From NCBI RefSeq assembly GCF_048403405.1, contig NZ_CP183129.1: a stretch of 64,000 bases of DNA; one strand, given 5' to 3'. Origin of the DNA: Escherichia coli. GTDB lineage: Bacteria > Pseudomonadota > Gammaproteobacteria > Enterobacterales > Enterobacteriaceae. The notes below the pieces were generated by a model. That model saw only the letters and a program-made list of their open reading frames with translations, had not been told where the DNA came from and ran no database searches. This document shows positions 35,728 to 48,682 of the stretch, in pieces. The number at the start of each line of letters is the position of its first letter. The stretch's first letter is position 1. A program made the position numbers and the translations under genes.

Positions 35728-35974
35728 TACGTATCAACCAATCAATTGTGATGATTACGATAATCTTGAGCTCGCCTGCCAGCATCATTTAATGCTGACA
35801 CTCGAGCTGAAAGATGGCGAAAAATTGCAGGCGAAGGCCAGCGATTTAGTCTCCCGCAAAAATGTGGAGTATCTGGTCGTCGAGGCCGCTGGTGCAACCC
35901 GCGAGCTGCGTCTGGATAAAATTACCAGCTTTAGCCACCCGGAAATCGGTACGGTGGTGGTGAGCGAGTCCTGA
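35714..35974 (+). CDS. rof: Rho-binding antiterminator Rof (YaeO)
   Basis: 86 aa, [25 protein letters not shown]... Confidence 0.9.
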
Positions 35975-36022
35975 TTGACTTTCGCCGGATGCGACGTTTG
36001 AAGCGTTTTATCCGGCTTTCAC

Positions 36023-37320
36023 TTAACTAAGCGTTTTCTGCCAGACAAAACTGACGCCATTCTCACCTTCAGCCACACCTTCTTGCGTCACAAATACCCC
36101 TGCCGCCGCAATCAACGTTTCGCCATAAAACAGCAGTGGCGTGGTGTCACGTAGCCACGGCGGCACACCCAGCTCTTGCCAGATTTTCTTCAGCTTACGT
36201 CCGCCGTTGCGCCCGATAATATGCAGCAATCCTGGCGCTTTGAAACGCACGCTGACCGCTTCGTCTGCACGCGGAGGGCGAATATCGCCTCCCGCAGTAA
36301 GCTGTACACTTCCCAGTCCCGCCGGTAATTCCAGCGGTTGTAGCCACGTCTGCCACGGCACAATGGTTTCGCTTTGCCCGGCAACGGATTTAATCCACCA
36401 CAGTTGCGACTGATAGCGGCGGATTTCAAACGCGCCCAGACGTAAACAGGGGGAAGCATCTTCCCGCGCCAGCGCCACTTCCTGCCAGATCCGCACCAGC
36501 GCGTCGCGGGAAGGCATCGGTGCATTCTGCCCTGCCAGCCAGCGGCGGATAATTGCCGCGCGACGGGCATCACTCATCGCCAGCATTGGCGCAATCTGCA
36601 GCGTCCCCTGCGGCGTTTGGCAGTGCGCTAAATCATCTGCCAGCAATTCATCCAGCAGGCTCTCTTGTTCAGCACAAAGTGCGGCGCTGCGGGCCGTTGC
36701 GTCGGCAAAATGCGGCCAACGCTGCTGCAATAACGGCACTACGCGCAGGCGCAGAAAGTTACGATCGTATGAGTCGTCCTGATTACTTTCGTCTTCAATC
36801 CAGCGTAAACCATGCGCCAATGCCCACTGCTCCAGTTCCCCCGCGTGCGGGCGAGCAACGGGCGGATAAGCCGTGTTCCGGCAAACTCCGAAACTTCCGC
36901 CATAGCCGAAAGCCCGGCAGGGCCGCTACCGCGTTTTAGCGCCAGCAGAAAGGTTTCACATTGATCGTCGAGATGTTGCGCGGTGACCAGCACTTCGCCG
37001 GGCAATAGGGTACGGGCAAATGCCTGATAACGCGCCTGCCGCGCCTGGGCCTCAATCCCCAGCCCCTCTTGCGCAAGTTGTACGCGTTCGACCACCAGCG
37101 GCACCTGCCACTGTTGGCAGATGTTCTCGCAATGCCTAACCCAGGCATCGGCATTGGCACTTAAACCGTGATGCACATGGATAGCGCGTAGAGTGACGCC
37201 CGGATTTTCCGTCCGCCACTGCACCAACTGATGCAGCAAAACGGTGGAGTCAAGCCCGCCGCTAAAGGCCACCAGAATCTGGCGTGAGGTGAGAAGTTGT
37301 CTATTGAGCGTGAGTGTCAT
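36023..37320 (-). pseudogene. tilS: tRNA(Ile)-lysidine synthetase TilS, reading frame broken by an apparent 1-bp deletion in a homopolymer (C5 on plus strand at 36838-36842)
   Basis: The N-terminal half (36739-37320, with the SGGLDS PP-loop) and C-terminal half (36023-36820) are in different frames. One extra G in the minus-strand run would join ...LLARTRG to [17 protein letters not shown]... Confidence 0.8.
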
Positions 37321-37384
37321 GATGGTGCGATTTTACAGTAGCAATGCCCGGCACGTTACCGGGCAAATGCGGCGATGACAAGCC

Positions 37385-37774
37385 TTACTGCTCATACAGT
37401 TCCAACGGCAGCCCGTCCGGATCGTTAAAGAACGTGAAGCGTTTTTGCGTGTATGGATCGACACGGATGGCTTCACACTTCACGTTATGGCTTTCAAGGT
37501 GCGCCACTGCCGCATCGATATCATCAACGCTAAAAGCCAGATGACGCAGGCCGCAAGCTTCCGGTCGGCTGGGGCGCTCCGGCGGGAACGGAAATGAGAA
37601 AAGCTCAATCACATATTGCCCATTAAGCGCCAAATCCCCTTTCCACGAGTCGCGCGCTTCGCGATAGACTTCGCTTTGCAGCGTGAAACCAAGAATATCG
37701 CAGTAAAACGCTTTGCTCACCGCATAATCCGTCGCAATAATCGCAATATGGTGAACCTGTTTTAAACCCAGCAT
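37385..37774 (-). CDS. yaeR: Glyoxalase/VOC-family protein YaeR
   Basis: 129 aa from MLGLKQVHHIAIIATDY (the tracked ORF has a 9-codon upstream extension). Confidence 0.85.
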   Translation of the reverse strand: MLGLKQVHHIAIIATDYAVSKAFYCDILGFTLQSEVYREARDSWKGDLALNGQYVIELFSFPFPPERPSRPEACGLRHLAFSVDDIDAAVAHLESHNVKCEAIRVDPYTQKRFTFFNDPDGLPLELYEQ

Positions 37775-37830
37775 AACGTCTCCTTTATTTGTTAACAGCA
37801 CGTTACTCGCCCGGAAGCCGCTCTGGCAAG

Positions 37831-39972
37831 TTATCCCGCCATTTTTAGGACTCGTACGCGGTAAACGCCGTCTTCGTCCTGTTTCGCGCCGTGAATATCC
37901 GTTTCAAAACCGGGGTAATGTTGCCCTACGGAACAAAGCATCAGTAGAAAATCGAGTACTGTGCGGCTCTCTTTGGTCAGCATTTCTCCTGGCATCAGCA
38001 GCGGTACGCCCGGTGGATAAGGCAGGATCATATTTGCCGACACCCTACCAACCAGTTGTTCCAGCGCAATGGTTTCTACTTCGCCTTTAATCTGCCTCTG
38101 CCATGCCTGATGTGGCGTCATGATCATCTCCGGCAAGGTATCGAATGCCCGCAACATCAAACCGGGAAGATCGTGTTTACGAATCAGCTTATGGATCCCT
38201 TGCGCCAGATCCTGAATGCGCATATTGCGGTAGAAATCGGGATCTTCTGCATAGAGATCGGGTAGCATATTTTTGATCCGCAGGTTGAGATCGTAAGAGC
38301 GCTTAAATTCCGTCAACCCACGCAATAATCCCATTGCTTTGGTTTTATCGATTCCAATACTAAAGAGAAACAGCAGGTTATAAGGACCGGTTTTCTCTAC
38401 TACGATCCCTCGTTCGTCGAGGAATTTTGCTACCAGCGCCGCCGGGATCCCCTCCTCGCTCATATTGCCCTGCTCGTCCATCCCCGGTGTCAAAATAGTG
38501 ACTTTAACCGGATCGAGAAACATATGATCGGCATCCGCATCGTTAAAGCCGTGCCACTGTTCGCCAGGCGCAACGGGCCAGCATTCGGCTTCATCCACCT
38601 GCGGCGGTTGCCAGATATCGAAAAACCAACCGTCAGACTCTTCCCGCAGCCGCTGGACCTCTTTGCGAAAATGCAGCGCCCGCTCCACCGAACGGTTAAT
38701 CAGCCGTTTGCCCGGATTACCACGCAGCATCGCCGCCGCCGTCTCAACCGAAGCAACAATGGGATAACTGGGCGAGGTGGTGGTATGCATCATAAAGGCT
38801 TCGTTAAACGCCTCTTCGTCATACTCGCCTTTAATGTGGATCAGCGAAGCCTGCGATAACGCCGCCAGCATTTTGTGGGTCGACTGCGTTTCGAAGATCA
38901 CTTTTCCCGCAACACGCTCGCCGCTCATACCACTTTTACCCTGGTAGATCGGATGAAAATGGGTGTACGGCACCCAGGCAGAATCGAAGTGAATCGACGG
39001 GACATCCAGCGTCTGTTTGATCCAGTCGGTGTTGTAGAGCAAGCCATCATAGGTGGAGTTGGTGATCACCGCATGAACCGGCCATTGAGCTTGCGTGGTA
39101 GCAGCGACTTTCTCTTCGATGCTGTCGCGAGTAAATTCACGGCGCGGGATCCCACCAAGAATCCCCAACGCATTACGCGTCGGTTTCAGCCAGACTGGCA
39201 CTACATCGTTCATCATCAACAGATGCGCCAGCGATTTATGACAATTGCGGTCGATCAACAGCGTACTGCCGGACGGCGCGGCGTACATACCCACAATTTT
39301 GTTAGACGTCGATGTTCCGTTGGTAACGATATAACTCTGTTCCGCGCCAAAAGTCCGCGCGATGTACTCTTCCGCTTCCAGGTGTGGCCCGGTGTGGTCG
39401 AGCAACGAACCAAGCTCGGTAACCGAAATAGAGACATCAGCCTTAAGAGTATTCCCGCCGAAAAAATCATAAAACAGACAGCCAACCGGGCTTTTTTGAT
39501 ATGCGGTGCCGCCCATATGACCCGGCGTACAAAAGGTGTACTTCCGCTCTTTGACGTAGGTAAACAAGGCTTTCGTGAACGGCGGTGTAATGTTATCAAG
39601 ATATTCGTCGGTGTACTGACGCATACGAATGGCGATATCTTCTGCCTGCCCCAGCGCATATTCAAAAAACCAGAGCGCCATCCGCATATCCTGCACGCTG
39701 ACATCCATCGTCGAGTGGGTGTTGATGAAGGCATAAAGCGGGAGATATTCATTAAGCTGATTGATATCGCTACATAAATCGAGACTGTACTCATCCCAGT
39801 CAAAAATCACGCCGCAAATTCGAGGGTTATGTTCAATAAATTTCAGCAAATCAACGCTGTTTTGTGGCCAGATAATCTGAAAGCCTTGCGCCACCAGCGC
39901 CGACTCCAGTTCTTTGATGGGCTCATCTTTATAAAAGACGCCATGCGGTCCCATAATGGCAATGATGTTCAT
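37831..39972 (-). CDS. ldcC: Lysine decarboxylase, constitutive
   Basis: 713-aa PLP-dependent decarboxylase (Orn/Lys/Arg family); located next to accA. Confidence 0.93.
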   Translation of the reverse strand: MNIIAIMGPHGVFYKDEPIKELESALVAQGFQIIWPQNSVDLLKFIEHNPRICGVIFDWDEYSLDLCSDINQLNEYLPLYAFINTHSTMDVSVQDMRMALWFFEYALGQAEDIAIRMRQYTDEYLDNITPPFTKALFTYVKERKYTFCTPGHMGGTAYQKSPVGCLFYDFFGGNTLKADVSISVTELGSLLDHTGPHLEAEEYIARTFGAEQSYIVTNGTSTSNKIVGMYAAPSGSTLLIDRNCHKSLAHLLMMNDVVPVWLKPTRNALGILGGIPRREFTRDSIEEKVAATTQAQWPVHAVITNSTYDGLLYNTDWIKQTLDVPSIHFDSAWVPYTHFHPIYQGKSGMSGERVAGKVIFETQSTHKMLAALSQASLIHIKGEYDEEAFNEAFMMHTTTSPSYPIVASVETAAAMLRGNPGKRLINRSVERALHFRKEVQRLREESDGWFFDIWQPPQVDEAECWPVAPGEQWHGFNDADADHMFLDPVKVTILTPGMDEQGNMSEEGIPAALVAKFLDERGIVVEKTGPYNLLFLFSIGIDKTKAMGLLRGLTEFKRSYDLNLRIKNMLPDLYAEDPDFYRNMRIQDLAQGIHKLIRKHDLPGLMLRAFDTLPEMIMTPHQAWQRQIKGEVETIALEQLVGRVSANMILPYPPGVPLLMPGEMLTKESRTVLDFLLMLCSVGQHYPGFETDIHGAKQDEDGVYRVRVLKMAG

Positions 39973-40027
39973 GTGTTCCTCCTGGAAAATCCTTCCTTAA
40001 TCATAGCCTGCTCAAACCGTGGCGATA

Positions 40028-40062
40028 AAAAAGGGCCACCGAAGTGACCCTTTTCAGAACAT
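40028..40062 (-). terminator. Putative rho-independent terminator after accA
   Basis: Minus strand reads GGGTCACTTCGGTGGCCC followed by TTTTTT. Confidence 0.55.
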
Positions 40063-40069
40063 TTGCGAA

Positions 40070-41029
40070 TTACGCGTAACCGTAGCTCATCAGGCGCTGA
40101 TAACGACGATTTTTTAAATCTTCAGTGCTTAACACGTCGAGATCGGCCAGATCCGCCAGCAGCTGCGCTTTCAGAGACGCCGCCATCGCTTCCGGGTTAC
40201 GGTGAGCACCACCCAGCGGTTCCGGGATGATGGAGTCGATCAGTTTCAGCTCTTTCAGACGCGGAGCGATGATACCCATCGCTTCAGCCGCCAGCGGCGC
40301 TTTGTCGGCGCTCTTCCACAGAATGGACGCACAACCTTCCGGCGAGATAACGGAATAGGTGCTGTATTGCAGCATATTCACTTTATCGCCCACGCCAATC
40401 GCCAGCGCACCGCCAGAACCACCTTCACCGATAACCGTACAAACTACCGGTACGCTAAGGCGAGACATTTCACGCAGGTTGCGTGCAATGGCTTCAGACT
40501 GACCGCGCTCTTCTGCGCCCACGCCCGGATAAGCCCCCGGGGTGTCGATAAAGGTGATGATTGGCATCTTAAAGCGTTCAGCCATTTGCATCAGACGCAG
40601 TGCTTTGCGGTAACCTTCTGGCGCTGGCATACCAAAGTTACGGCGAATTTTTTCTTTGGTTTCACGACCTTTTTGATGACCAATGATCATCACCGGACGA
40701 CCATCGAGACGGGCGATACCACCGACGATAGCTTTATCGTCTGCATACGCGCGGTCGCCAGCCAGTTCGTCAAATTCATCAAATGCCAGGCGAACGTAAT
40801 CCAGGGTATAAGGACGCTGTGGATGGCGTGCCAGTTGCGCAATCTGCCATGCACCGAGATCGGCGAAGATTTTACGTGTCAGTTCTACGCTTTTTTCACG
40901 CAGACGATGCACTTCTTCATCGATGTTAATATCCAGTTTCTCATCCTGACGGCTAACCGCAGTCAGAGAATCGATTTTCGCTTCCAGCTCTGCAATCGGC
41001 TGTTCAAAATCAAGGAAATTCAGACTCAT
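40070..41029 (-). CDS. accA: Acetyl-CoA carboxylase carboxyltransferase alpha subunit
   Basis: 319 aa, [22 protein letters not shown]... Confidence 0.96.
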   Translation of the reverse strand: MSLNFLDFEQPIAELEAKIDSLTAVSRQDEKLDINIDEEVHRLREKSVELTRKIFADLGAWQIAQLARHPQRPYTLDYVRLAFDEFDELAGDRAYADDKAIVGGIARLDGRPVMIIGHQKGRETKEKIRRNFGMPAPEGYRKALRLMQMAERFKMPIITFIDTPGAYPGVGAEERGQSEAIARNLREMSRLSVPVVCTVIGEGGSGGALAIGVGDKVNMLQYSTYSVISPEGCASILWKSADKAPLAAEAMGIIAPRLKELKLIDSIIPEPLGGAHRNPEAMAASLKAQLLADLADLDVLSTEDLKNRRYQRLMSYGYA

Positions 41030-41041
41030 AGTATTCCTGTA

Positions 41042-44000
41042 TTAGTCAAACTCCAGTTCCACCTGCTCCGAACCAATGAGGCCACGGAGATCGTTTAATA
41101 AACGATCGCTCGGAGAGACACGCCACGTCGCGCCAAAACGCAACCGCGCGCGTGCATCCGCCCTCTGATAGTAGAGATGTACTGGAATTGTCCCAGAGCG
41201 GTGGGGTTCCAGAGACTGACGGAGTCGGTTTAAAAGCTGGTCATCAATTTGCCTGTCCGTCAGCGAGATAGCAAGCCCGCGAGCATATTTTTCCCGGGCT
41301 TCGTCAATATCCATCACTTCGCGAGCGGTCATTTTAAGCCCACCGCTGAAGTCATCAAAGCTGACCTGTCCGCTGACGATAAGTATGCGGTCTTTTTCCA
41401 GCAATTGCTGGTATTTATCCAGGGCGTCAGTAAACAACATCACTTCCAGCCGCCCGGAACGGTCATCCAGCGTGCAGATACCGATACGATTGCCGCGCTT
41501 GGTGACCATAACCCGCGCGGCAACAACGAGCCCCGCAGCCGTGATGACTTTACCACGTTCTGTCGGGTGCATGTCTTTCAGCCTTACGCCTCCGACATAA
41601 CGCTCAATCTCTTTTAAATACTGATTGATAGGGTGTCCCGTCAGGTACAGACCTAACGTTTCACGTTCCCCATCTAATACCACCTGCTCCGGCCACGGTT
41701 GGCAGCTGGCGTAGGATTGTTCAATTTGTTCCGGCTCTTCGGCCAGCACACCGAACATATCGGCCTGACCGATAGCTTCCGCTTTCGCGTGTTGATCTGC
41801 CGCTTTTAACGCATCGCCCAGCGAGTTCATCAGCGCCGCGCGGTGTGGCCCAAGACGGTCAAACGCCCCGGACATGATCAGTTTTTCCAGCACCCGCCGG
41901 TTTAACTTTTTGGTGTCGGTTCGGGCGCAGAGATCAAACAGTTCGCGGAAGTAGCCGCCTTTATTACGGGCTTCGATGATGGCCTCAATCGGACCTTCAC
42001 CGACCCCTTTGATCGCGCCAATACCATACACGATTTCGCCGTCGTCGTTGACGTGGAAATGGTAAAGACCGGAGTTTATATCTGGTGGCAGGATTTTCAG
42101 CCCCATCCGCCAGCACTCATCCACCAGGCCCACCACCTTCTCGGTGTTGTCCATATCGGCGGTCATTACCGCCGCCATAAACTCCGCCGGATAGTGCGCT
42201 TTCAGCCATAACGTTTGATATGACACCAAAGCATAGGCCGCAGAGTGCGATTTGTTAAATCCGTAACCAGCGAATTTTTCCACCAGGTCGAAGATTTTCA
42301 TCGCCAGTTCAGCGTTGATTCCGTTCTTTTCTGCACCTTCAGCAAATACAGAACGCTGCTTAGCCATCTCTTCCGGCTTTTTCTTACCCATCGCACGACG
42401 CAGCATATCCGCGCCACCGAGGGTATAACCAGAAAGCACCTGGGCAATCTGCATGACCTGTTCCTGATACAGGATGATGCCGTAGGTTGGCTCCAGTACC
42501 GGTTTCAGGCTTTCATGCTGCCACTGCACGTCCGGATAGGAGATCTCTTCGCGACCATGTTTACGGTCGATAAAGTTATCCACCATCCCTGACTGCAACG
42601 GACCAGGGCGGAACAGTGCCACCAGTGCGATCATATCTTCGAAGCAGTCAGGTTGCAGACGCTTGATCAGGTCTTTCATGCCGCGCGATTCAAGCTGGAA
42701 TACCGCCGTGGTTTCCGAGCGTTGCAGCATATCGAAGCTTTTCTTATCATCCAGCGGGATCGCGGCGATATCCAGAGGCGGCTCGCCATTCTTCGCCCGC
42801 CGCTTGTTGATCATCTCCAGCGCCCAGTTGATGATGGTGAGCGTACGCAAACCGAGGAAGTCGAACTTCACCAGCCCGGCGTATTCAACGTCGCTTTTAT
42901 CAAACTGGGTGACCGGATGTTTGCCCTCTTCATCGCAATAAAGCGGCGCAAAATCAGTAATTTTGGTCGGCGCGATAACCACCCCACCGGCGTGCTTACC
43001 GGCGTTACGGGTGACCCCTTCCAGTTTGCGCGCCATGTCGATCAGCGCCTTAACTTCTTCATCCGCTTCGTAGATTTCCGGCAGCTGCGGCTCGGCTTCA
43101 AACGCTTTTGCCAGCGTCATCCCCGGATCGGGCGGGATCAGTTTCGAGATACGATCGACAAAGCCGTACGGATGCCCCAGAACGCGGCCTACGTCGCGGA
43201 TCACCGCTTTCGCCGCCATCGTACCGAAGGTGATAATCTGCGATACCGCATCACGACCGTACATGTCTGCCACGTGTTCGATAACCTGATCGCGTTTCTC
43301 CATACAGAAGTCAACGTCAAAGTCAGGCATGGAGACACGTTCCGGGTTAAGGAAACGTTCGAACAGCAGGTCAAATTCCAGCGGATCGAGATCGGTGATT
43401 TTTAACGCGTAGGCCACCAGTGACCCTGCACCAGAACCACGGCCTGGCCCTACCGGTACACCGTTATCTTTCGACCACTGGATAAATTCCATAACGATGA
43501 GGAAGTAACCCGGGAAGCCCATCTGGTTGATAACCTGAAGTTCAGTATCCAGACGTTCGTCATACTCCGGGCGGCGCTTAACACGTTCTTCCTCGTCAGG
43601 GAATAAAAATGCCAGACGCTCTTCCAGGCCCTCTTTTGCACGCTTGACCAGATAATCTTCGGTACTCATGTCCCCGGTCGGGAATTGCGGCAAGAAGTAT
43701 TCACCCAGACGCACGGTTACGTTACAACGTTTGGCTATCTCAACGGTGTTGGCAAGGGCTTCGGGAATGTCGGCAAAAAGCTCGCACATCTCCTCTTCGC
43801 TACGCATATATTGCTGCGGCGAATAGTTACGCGGGCGTTTAGGATCGTCGAGGGTAAAGCCGTCGTGGATCGCGACGCGGATTTCGTGTGCGTCAAAGTC
43901 GCTGCTGTCGATAAAGCGCACGTCGTTGGTCGCCACGACGGGCAAACCGCGCGCTTCCGCCAGTTCCACCGCAGCGTGCAGATAGCTTTCTTCGTCCGGC

Positions 44001-44524
44001 CTTCCGGTGCGGATCAGCTCGAGAAAATAGCGATCCGGGAAGTGTTCTTCATAAAACGCGACACACTCATCTACCAGCGCGCTGTTACCACGCAAAAGAC
44101 TGCGTCCGACGTCGCCCATGCGCCCGCCGGAAAGGAGGATCAGCCCTTCGTTTAATTCGATAAGCCAGTCGCGATCGATGATCGGCCCGGCAGCACCGTA
44201 CCCGCGCTGATACGCTTTTGAGATCAGCAACGTCAGATTCTGATAGCCGGTATTGTTCGCCGCCAGCACCGTCAGGTGGGTTAACTCATCACCCAGCAGG
44301 TCGCACTGGACATTAAAATCTGCCCCGACGATAGGCTTAATCCCTGCGCCATGTCCCGCTCCGTAGAACTTCACCAGACCGCAAAGGTTGGTGAAATCGG
44401 TGATCGCCAGTGCTGGCATCCCTAACGCCGCCGCCTTTTTTACCAGCGGCGCGGTTTTGGCCAGGCCATCGATCATCGAGTAGTCGCTGTGCACCCGCAG
44501 GTGTACGAAACGTGGTTCAGACAT
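41042..44524 (-). CDS. dnaE: DNA polymerase III alpha subunit
   Basis: 1160 aa, [23 protein letters not shown]... (PHP domain N-terminus). Confidence 0.97.
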   Translation of the reverse strand: MSEPRFVHLRVHSDYSMIDGLAKTAPLVKKAAALGMPALAITDFTNLCGLVKFYGAGHGAGIKPIVGADFNVQCDLLGDELTHLTVLAANNTGYQNLTLLISKAYQRGYGAAGPIIDRDWLIELNEGLILLSGGRMGDVGRSLLRGNSALVDECVAFYEEHFPDRYFLELIRTGRPDEESYLHAAVELAEARGLPVVATNDVRFIDSSDFDAHEIRVAIHDGFTLDDPKRPRNYSPQQYMRSEEEMCELFADIPEALANTVEIAKRCNVTVRLGEYFLPQFPTGDMSTEDYLVKRAKEGLEERLAFLFPDEEERVKRRPEYDERLDTELQVINQMGFPGYFLIVMEFIQWSKDNGVPVGPGRGSGAGSLVAYALKITDLDPLEFDLLFERFLNPERVSMPDFDVDFCMEKRDQVIEHVADMYGRDAVSQIITFGTMAAKAVIRDVGRVLGHPYGFVDRISKLIPPDPGMTLAKAFEAEPQLPEIYEADEEVKALIDMARKLEGVTRNAGKHAGGVVIAPTKITDFAPLYCDEEGKHPVTQFDKSDVEYAGLVKFDFLGLRTLTIINWALEMINKRRAKNGEPPLDIAAIPLDDKKSFDMLQRSETTAVFQLESRGMKDLIKRLQPDCFEDMIALVALFRPGPLQSGMVDNFIDRKHGREEISYPDVQWQHESLKPVLEPTYGIILYQEQVMQIAQVLSGYTLGGADMLRRAMGKKKPEEMAKQRSVFAEGAEKNGINAELAMKIFDLVEKFAGYGFNKSHSAAYALVSYQTLWLKAHYPAEFMAAVMTADMDNTEKVVGLVDECWRMGLKILPPDINSGLYHFHVNDDGEIVYGIGAIKGVGEGPIEAIIEARNKGGYFRELFDLCARTDTKKLNRRVLEKLIMSGAFDRLGPHRAALMNSLGDALKAADQHAKAEAIGQADMFGVLAEEPEQIEQSYASCQPWPEQVVLDGERETLGLYLTGHPINQYLKEIERYVGGVRLKDMHPTERGKVITAAGLVVAARVMVTKRGNRIGICTLDDRSGRLEVMLFTDALDKYQQLLEKDRILIVSGQVSFDDFSGGLKMTAREVMDIDEAREKYARGLAISLTDRQIDDQLLNRLRQSLEPHRSGTIPVHLYYQRADARARLRFGATWRVSPSDRLLNDLRGLIGSEQVELEFD

Positions 44525-44560
44525 CTTCAGATTCCGGTTTACTTAATCTCGACACAAGAA

Positions 44561-45157
44561 TCAGGACGCAAGTCCCAGTGCGCGTTTGACAGGCCCAAAG
44601 CTGCGCCGATGGTGTTCGGTCGCGCCGTGTTCAGCCAGTTTTTCCAGATGAAAAGCGGTTGGATACCCTTTGTGTTGGGCAAAACCATATTGCGGGAAAA
44701 CAATATCCAGCGCCGCCATTTCGGCGTCGCGCGTCACTTTCGCCAGGATAGACGCAGCACTGATTTCTGGTACGCGGCTATCGCCTTTCACCACTGCCAT
44801 CGAAGGCATCGGTAATTTCGGGCAGCGGTTACCATCAATCAACACATATTCCGGCGCAATATGCAGCCCAGCGACGGCACGCTGCATCGCCAGCATGGTC
44901 GCATGTAAAATATTCAGTTCGTCGATTTCGTGAGGTTCCGCTCGGCCCAGACTCCAGCTCAACGCTTTCTCTTTGATCTCTTCACAGAGCGCCAGACGGC
45001 GTTTTTCGCTCAGCTTTTTGGAATCATTCAGCCCGGCAATCGGGCGCGACGGGTCAAGGATCACCGCAGCGGTGACGACCGCGCCAACTAACGGCCCGCG
45101 TCCGACTTCATCCACACCCGCAACCAGCTGCGTGTGCGGATAAACAAATTCGATCAT
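44561..45157 (-). CDS. rnhB: Ribonuclease HII
   Basis: 198 aa, [28 protein letters not shown]... Confidence 0.95.
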   Translation of the reverse strand: MIEFVYPHTQLVAGVDEVGRGPLVGAVVTAAVILDPSRPIAGLNDSKKLSEKRRLALCEEIKEKALSWSLGRAEPHEIDELNILHATMLAMQRAVAGLHIAPEYVLIDGNRCPKLPMPSMAVVKGDSRVPEISAASILAKVTRDAEMAALDIVFPQYGFAQHKGYPTAFHLEKLAEHGATEHHRRSFGPVKRALGLAS

Positions 45158-46302
45158 TGTGCTAACTCCAGAACGGCTTGTGCCGCCTGCTCATCGGCAT
45201 TGCAGCGGATCTGCTGATGCAGTTCACGGAAGGTGTCGTGCATCGCGTGGCTGGTTTTCCCGTTCGCCAACAGCGGTAACAGCGCCGCAGCCAGTTTTTG
45301 CGGCTCACACTCTTCCTGCAATAACTCTTTGACTAACTCTCTGCCCGCCAGCAAATTGGGTAGAGAGACATAATCAGTTTTCACCAGTCGCTTCGCCAGC
45401 CAGAAGGTAAAAGGCTTCATGCGATATCCCACTACCATCGGGCATTTCGCCAGCATGCACTCCAGTGCTGCCGTCCCCGACGCCAGTAGTGCCGCATCAC
45501 TGGCGACCATCGCCTCACGGCCCATCCCATCCAGCATATGAACCGACAGGTCTGGCGCAACTTCAGCTTTGATGCGTTCAAACTGCTCGCGGCGTTTGGC
45601 ATTCACCAGCGGCACCACGATTTCGAGATCCGGATATGTCTGGCGCAAAAGCTGGGCCGTTTTCAGAAAATCGGCGCTAAGCATTTCGACTTCCGCACCA
45701 CGGCTGCCCGGCAACAATGCCAGACAGTGGGCATCGTGAGGGATCCCCAGCACATCACGGGCACCATTTTTATCTGGATCTAATGGCATGGCATCAGCCA
45801 TGGTATGACCGATAAAGCGGCACGGTACGTTGTATTTGTCATAAAACGCTTTTTCGAAAGGCAGAAATGCGAGCACCAGATCGGTGGCTCTGCCTATTTT
45901 GAAAACGCGTTTCTGTCGCCACGCCCAGACGGATGGACTGACGTAATGAATGGTTTTGATACCCTGCTTTTTGAGGTTACCTTCAAGAGTAATATTGAAG
46001 TCAGGCGCATCAATACCGACAAAAACATCTGGCTTCAGTTCGCCAAAACGCTTTGTCAGATCGGCACGAATATGCAGTAAGCGACGCAGACGCCCGAGCA
46101 CTTCAACAATGCCCATCACCGCCAGTTCTTCCATTTCGTACCAGGCTTCGCAGCCTTCAGCCTGCATTCGTGGCCCGGCAACACCAACAAAGCGGGCGTT
46201 GGGCACACGTTCTTTCAGAGCGCGGATTAAACCGGCCCCCAGGATATCGCCGGAGGTTTCTCCGGCGACCAGGGCAATCGTTAATGGACGCTGTTCAGTC
46301 AT
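45154..46302 (-). CDS. lpxB: Lipid-A-disaccharide synthase
   Basis: 382-aa ORF overlapping the rnhB start. Confidence 0.95.
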   Translation of the reverse strand: MTEQRPLTIALVAGETSGDILGAGLIRALKERVPNARFVGVAGPRMQAEGCEAWYEMEELAVMGIVEVLGRLRRLLHIRADLTKRFGELKPDVFVGIDAPDFNITLEGNLKKQGIKTIHYVSPSVWAWRQKRVFKIGRATDLVLAFLPFEKAFYDKYNVPCRFIGHTMADAMPLDPDKNGARDVLGIPHDAHCLALLPGSRGAEVEMLSADFLKTAQLLRQTYPDLEIVVPLVNAKRREQFERIKAEVAPDLSVHMLDGMGREAMVASDAALLASGTAALECMLAKCPMVVGYRMKPFTFWLAKRLVKTDYVSLPNLLAGRELVKELLQEECEPQKLAAALLPLLANGKTSHAMHDTFRELHQQIRCNADEQAAQAVLELAQ

Positions 46303-47090
46303 TAACGAATCAGACCGCGCGTTGAGCGTGCAAAGAAATCGGTAAAGGCTTTCACTTCCGGATATGTTTCCGCCAGTTCAGCAATTTCCGGTTTCACTTC
46401 ATCGAGCGTTTTACCGCTACGATAAATCAGCTTATACGCATTGCGGATAGCGGTAATCGCCTCACGGCTGAATCCGCGGCGCTTCAGCCCTTCGATATTG
46501 ACACCGAACGGCGTTGCATGGTTACCCTGCGCAATGACATAAGGAGGGACGTCCTGCGCCACACCGGAGCAGCCGCCAACCATCACATGCGCACCAATGA
46601 TGCAGAACTGATGGACTGCGGTCATGCCGCCGATGATCGCGAAGTCGTCAACCGATACGTGACCCGCCAGCGTTGCGTTGTTGGCGAGAATACAGCGGTT
46701 ACCTACCGTACAATCGTGCGCAATATGCGCGTTGATCATCAGTAAGTTGTCGCTGCCCACCTTCGTCAATCCACCGCCCTGGACTGTGCCACGATGAATG
46801 GTGACGCTTTCGCGAATGCGGTTACGATCGCCGATTTCCACGCGGGTCGGTTCGCCAGCATATTTCAGATCCTGGTTAACTTCGCCGATGGAGGCGAACT
46901 GATAAATCTCATTATCGCGGCCAATTTTAGTATGACCATTCACGACAACGTGAGATTTCAGTACGGTACCCTCACCAATTTCGACATGGGGTCCAACGAT
47001 ACAAAAAGGACCAATGTGAGCGTTCGCGCCAATCGACGCGCCCTCTTCCACAATGGCGGTTGGATGCACAAAGGCGGATTTATCAATCAC
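46302..47090 (-). CDS. lpxA: UDP-N-acetylglucosamine acyltransferase
   Basis: 262 aa with left-handed beta-helix hexapeptide repeats. Confidence 0.95.
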
Positions 47091-47093
47091 GTA

Positions 47094-47549
47094 TCAGGCC
47101 TCCCGGCTACGAGCACACATCATCGTTGCTTCGCAAACTACTTTACCGTCGACCAGAGCAACCCCTTTAAAACGGGTCAGGCCGCGGCGCGTTTTTTCGA
47201 AAGTGACTTCCATGATCATTTGATCGCCAGGCACGACCGGGCGCTTGAAGCGCGCTTCGTCAATACCAGCGAAGTAGTACAGCTCACCCGGTTCCAGTTT
47301 TCCTACGCTTTTAAACGCCAGAATACCTGTTGCCTGTGCCATTGCTTCCAGAATCAGCACTCCCGGGAAAATCGGTTTTCCAGGGAAATGGCCCTGGAAG
47401 AATGGCTCATTGACAGAGACATTTTTTACTGCGCGCAGAAAACGACCTTCTTCAAAATCCAGCACGCGATCCACCAGTAAGAACGGGAAACGGTGCGGCA
47501 GAAGTTCTAAAATCTCTTCAATCTGCAGAGTATGAGTGTTAGTAGTCAA
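47094..47549 (-). CDS. fabZ: 3-hydroxyacyl-ACP dehydratase FabZ
   Basis: 151 aa from a TTG start at 47549 ([23 protein letters not shown]...); the tracked ORF is extended upstream. Confidence 0.9.
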
Positions 47550-47653
47550 GATACTCTTCCTGTCAAAATATAAGAAACGACAATAATAACACGGCCTGCC
47601 GCAATCGTAAGAATGAGACAGGCCGTAAAGTTTGGCGAACAAAAGATGGAACG

Positions 47654-48679
47654 TTAGTCTTGTTGATTAACCTTGCGCTCAAGCGATTTCAGACGCTTGC
47701 TCATGTCATCAATGTTCATCACCAGTGCAGCGGTTTTGCGCCAGACTTTGTTGGGTTGCAGCGGAATGCCTGAGGAATAGACGCCTGGTTCAGTGATGGG
47801 ACGCATCACCATACCCATGCCCGTAACCGTCACTTTGTCGCATATTTCCATATGCCCGTTGATTACGCTGGCTCCGCCGATCATGCAGTAACGACCAATT
47901 TTCAGGCTGCCCGCCATAATGACGCCACCGGCAACCGCCGTATTGTCGCCAATCACGACGTTATGTGCAATCTGGCACTGGTTATCAATGATCACGCCAT
48001 TGCCAATAACAGTGTCATCCAGCGCGCCGCGATCGATGGTTGTGCAGGCACCGATCTCCACGCGATCGCCAATAATTACGCGACCAATCTGTGGGATCTT
48101 CACCCAGTTACCACGATCGTTGGCATAACCAAAGCCGTCTGCGCCTACCACTGTTCCGGACTGGATCAGGCAATTCTGACCGATCTGGATCTCATGGTAA
48201 ATGGTTACGTTCGCCCAAAGACGCGAACCTGCACCGATTTTGCTGTTTTTACCTACGAAGCAACCGGCACCGATAATCACGTTATCGCCCAGTTCAACGC
48301 CGGACTCAATCACCGCGTTAGCGCCAATCGATACGTTGTTACCCAGCTTCGCCGTCGCGTCGATCACCGCACTGGGTGCAATGTTCTGCGCAGGCTGCGG
48401 CGTGGTATCTAAAATTTGCGCCATGCGCGCGTAAGTCAGGTAGGGATTCTTCACTACCAGTGCGGCACTTTTCGCGAAAGGAAGATCGTCCTGGGTCATG
48501 ACAACCGCGGACGCCTGGCACAAGCCTAAATGCTCACGGTATTTTGGGTTAACCATGAACGTGATGTGACCTGTTTGTGCAGATTGCATGGACGCAACGC
48601 CGGTGATGACGATATCGCCATCACCGTGTAGTTCTGCATCCAACTGCTGCGCTAAATCAGCCAGTCGAATTGAAGGCAT
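47654..48679 (-). CDS. lpxD: UDP-3-O-(3-hydroxymyristoyl)glucosamine N-acyltransferase
   Basis: 341 aa with hexapeptide repeats. Confidence 0.95.
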
Positions 48680-48682
48680 TAC

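Noticed and set aside
38875-41098. Long antisense ORFs (38875-39777 and 40202-41098, ~300 aa each) opposite ldcC and accA
   Set aside because: Opposite-strand shadows of highly conserved genes with no independent support.
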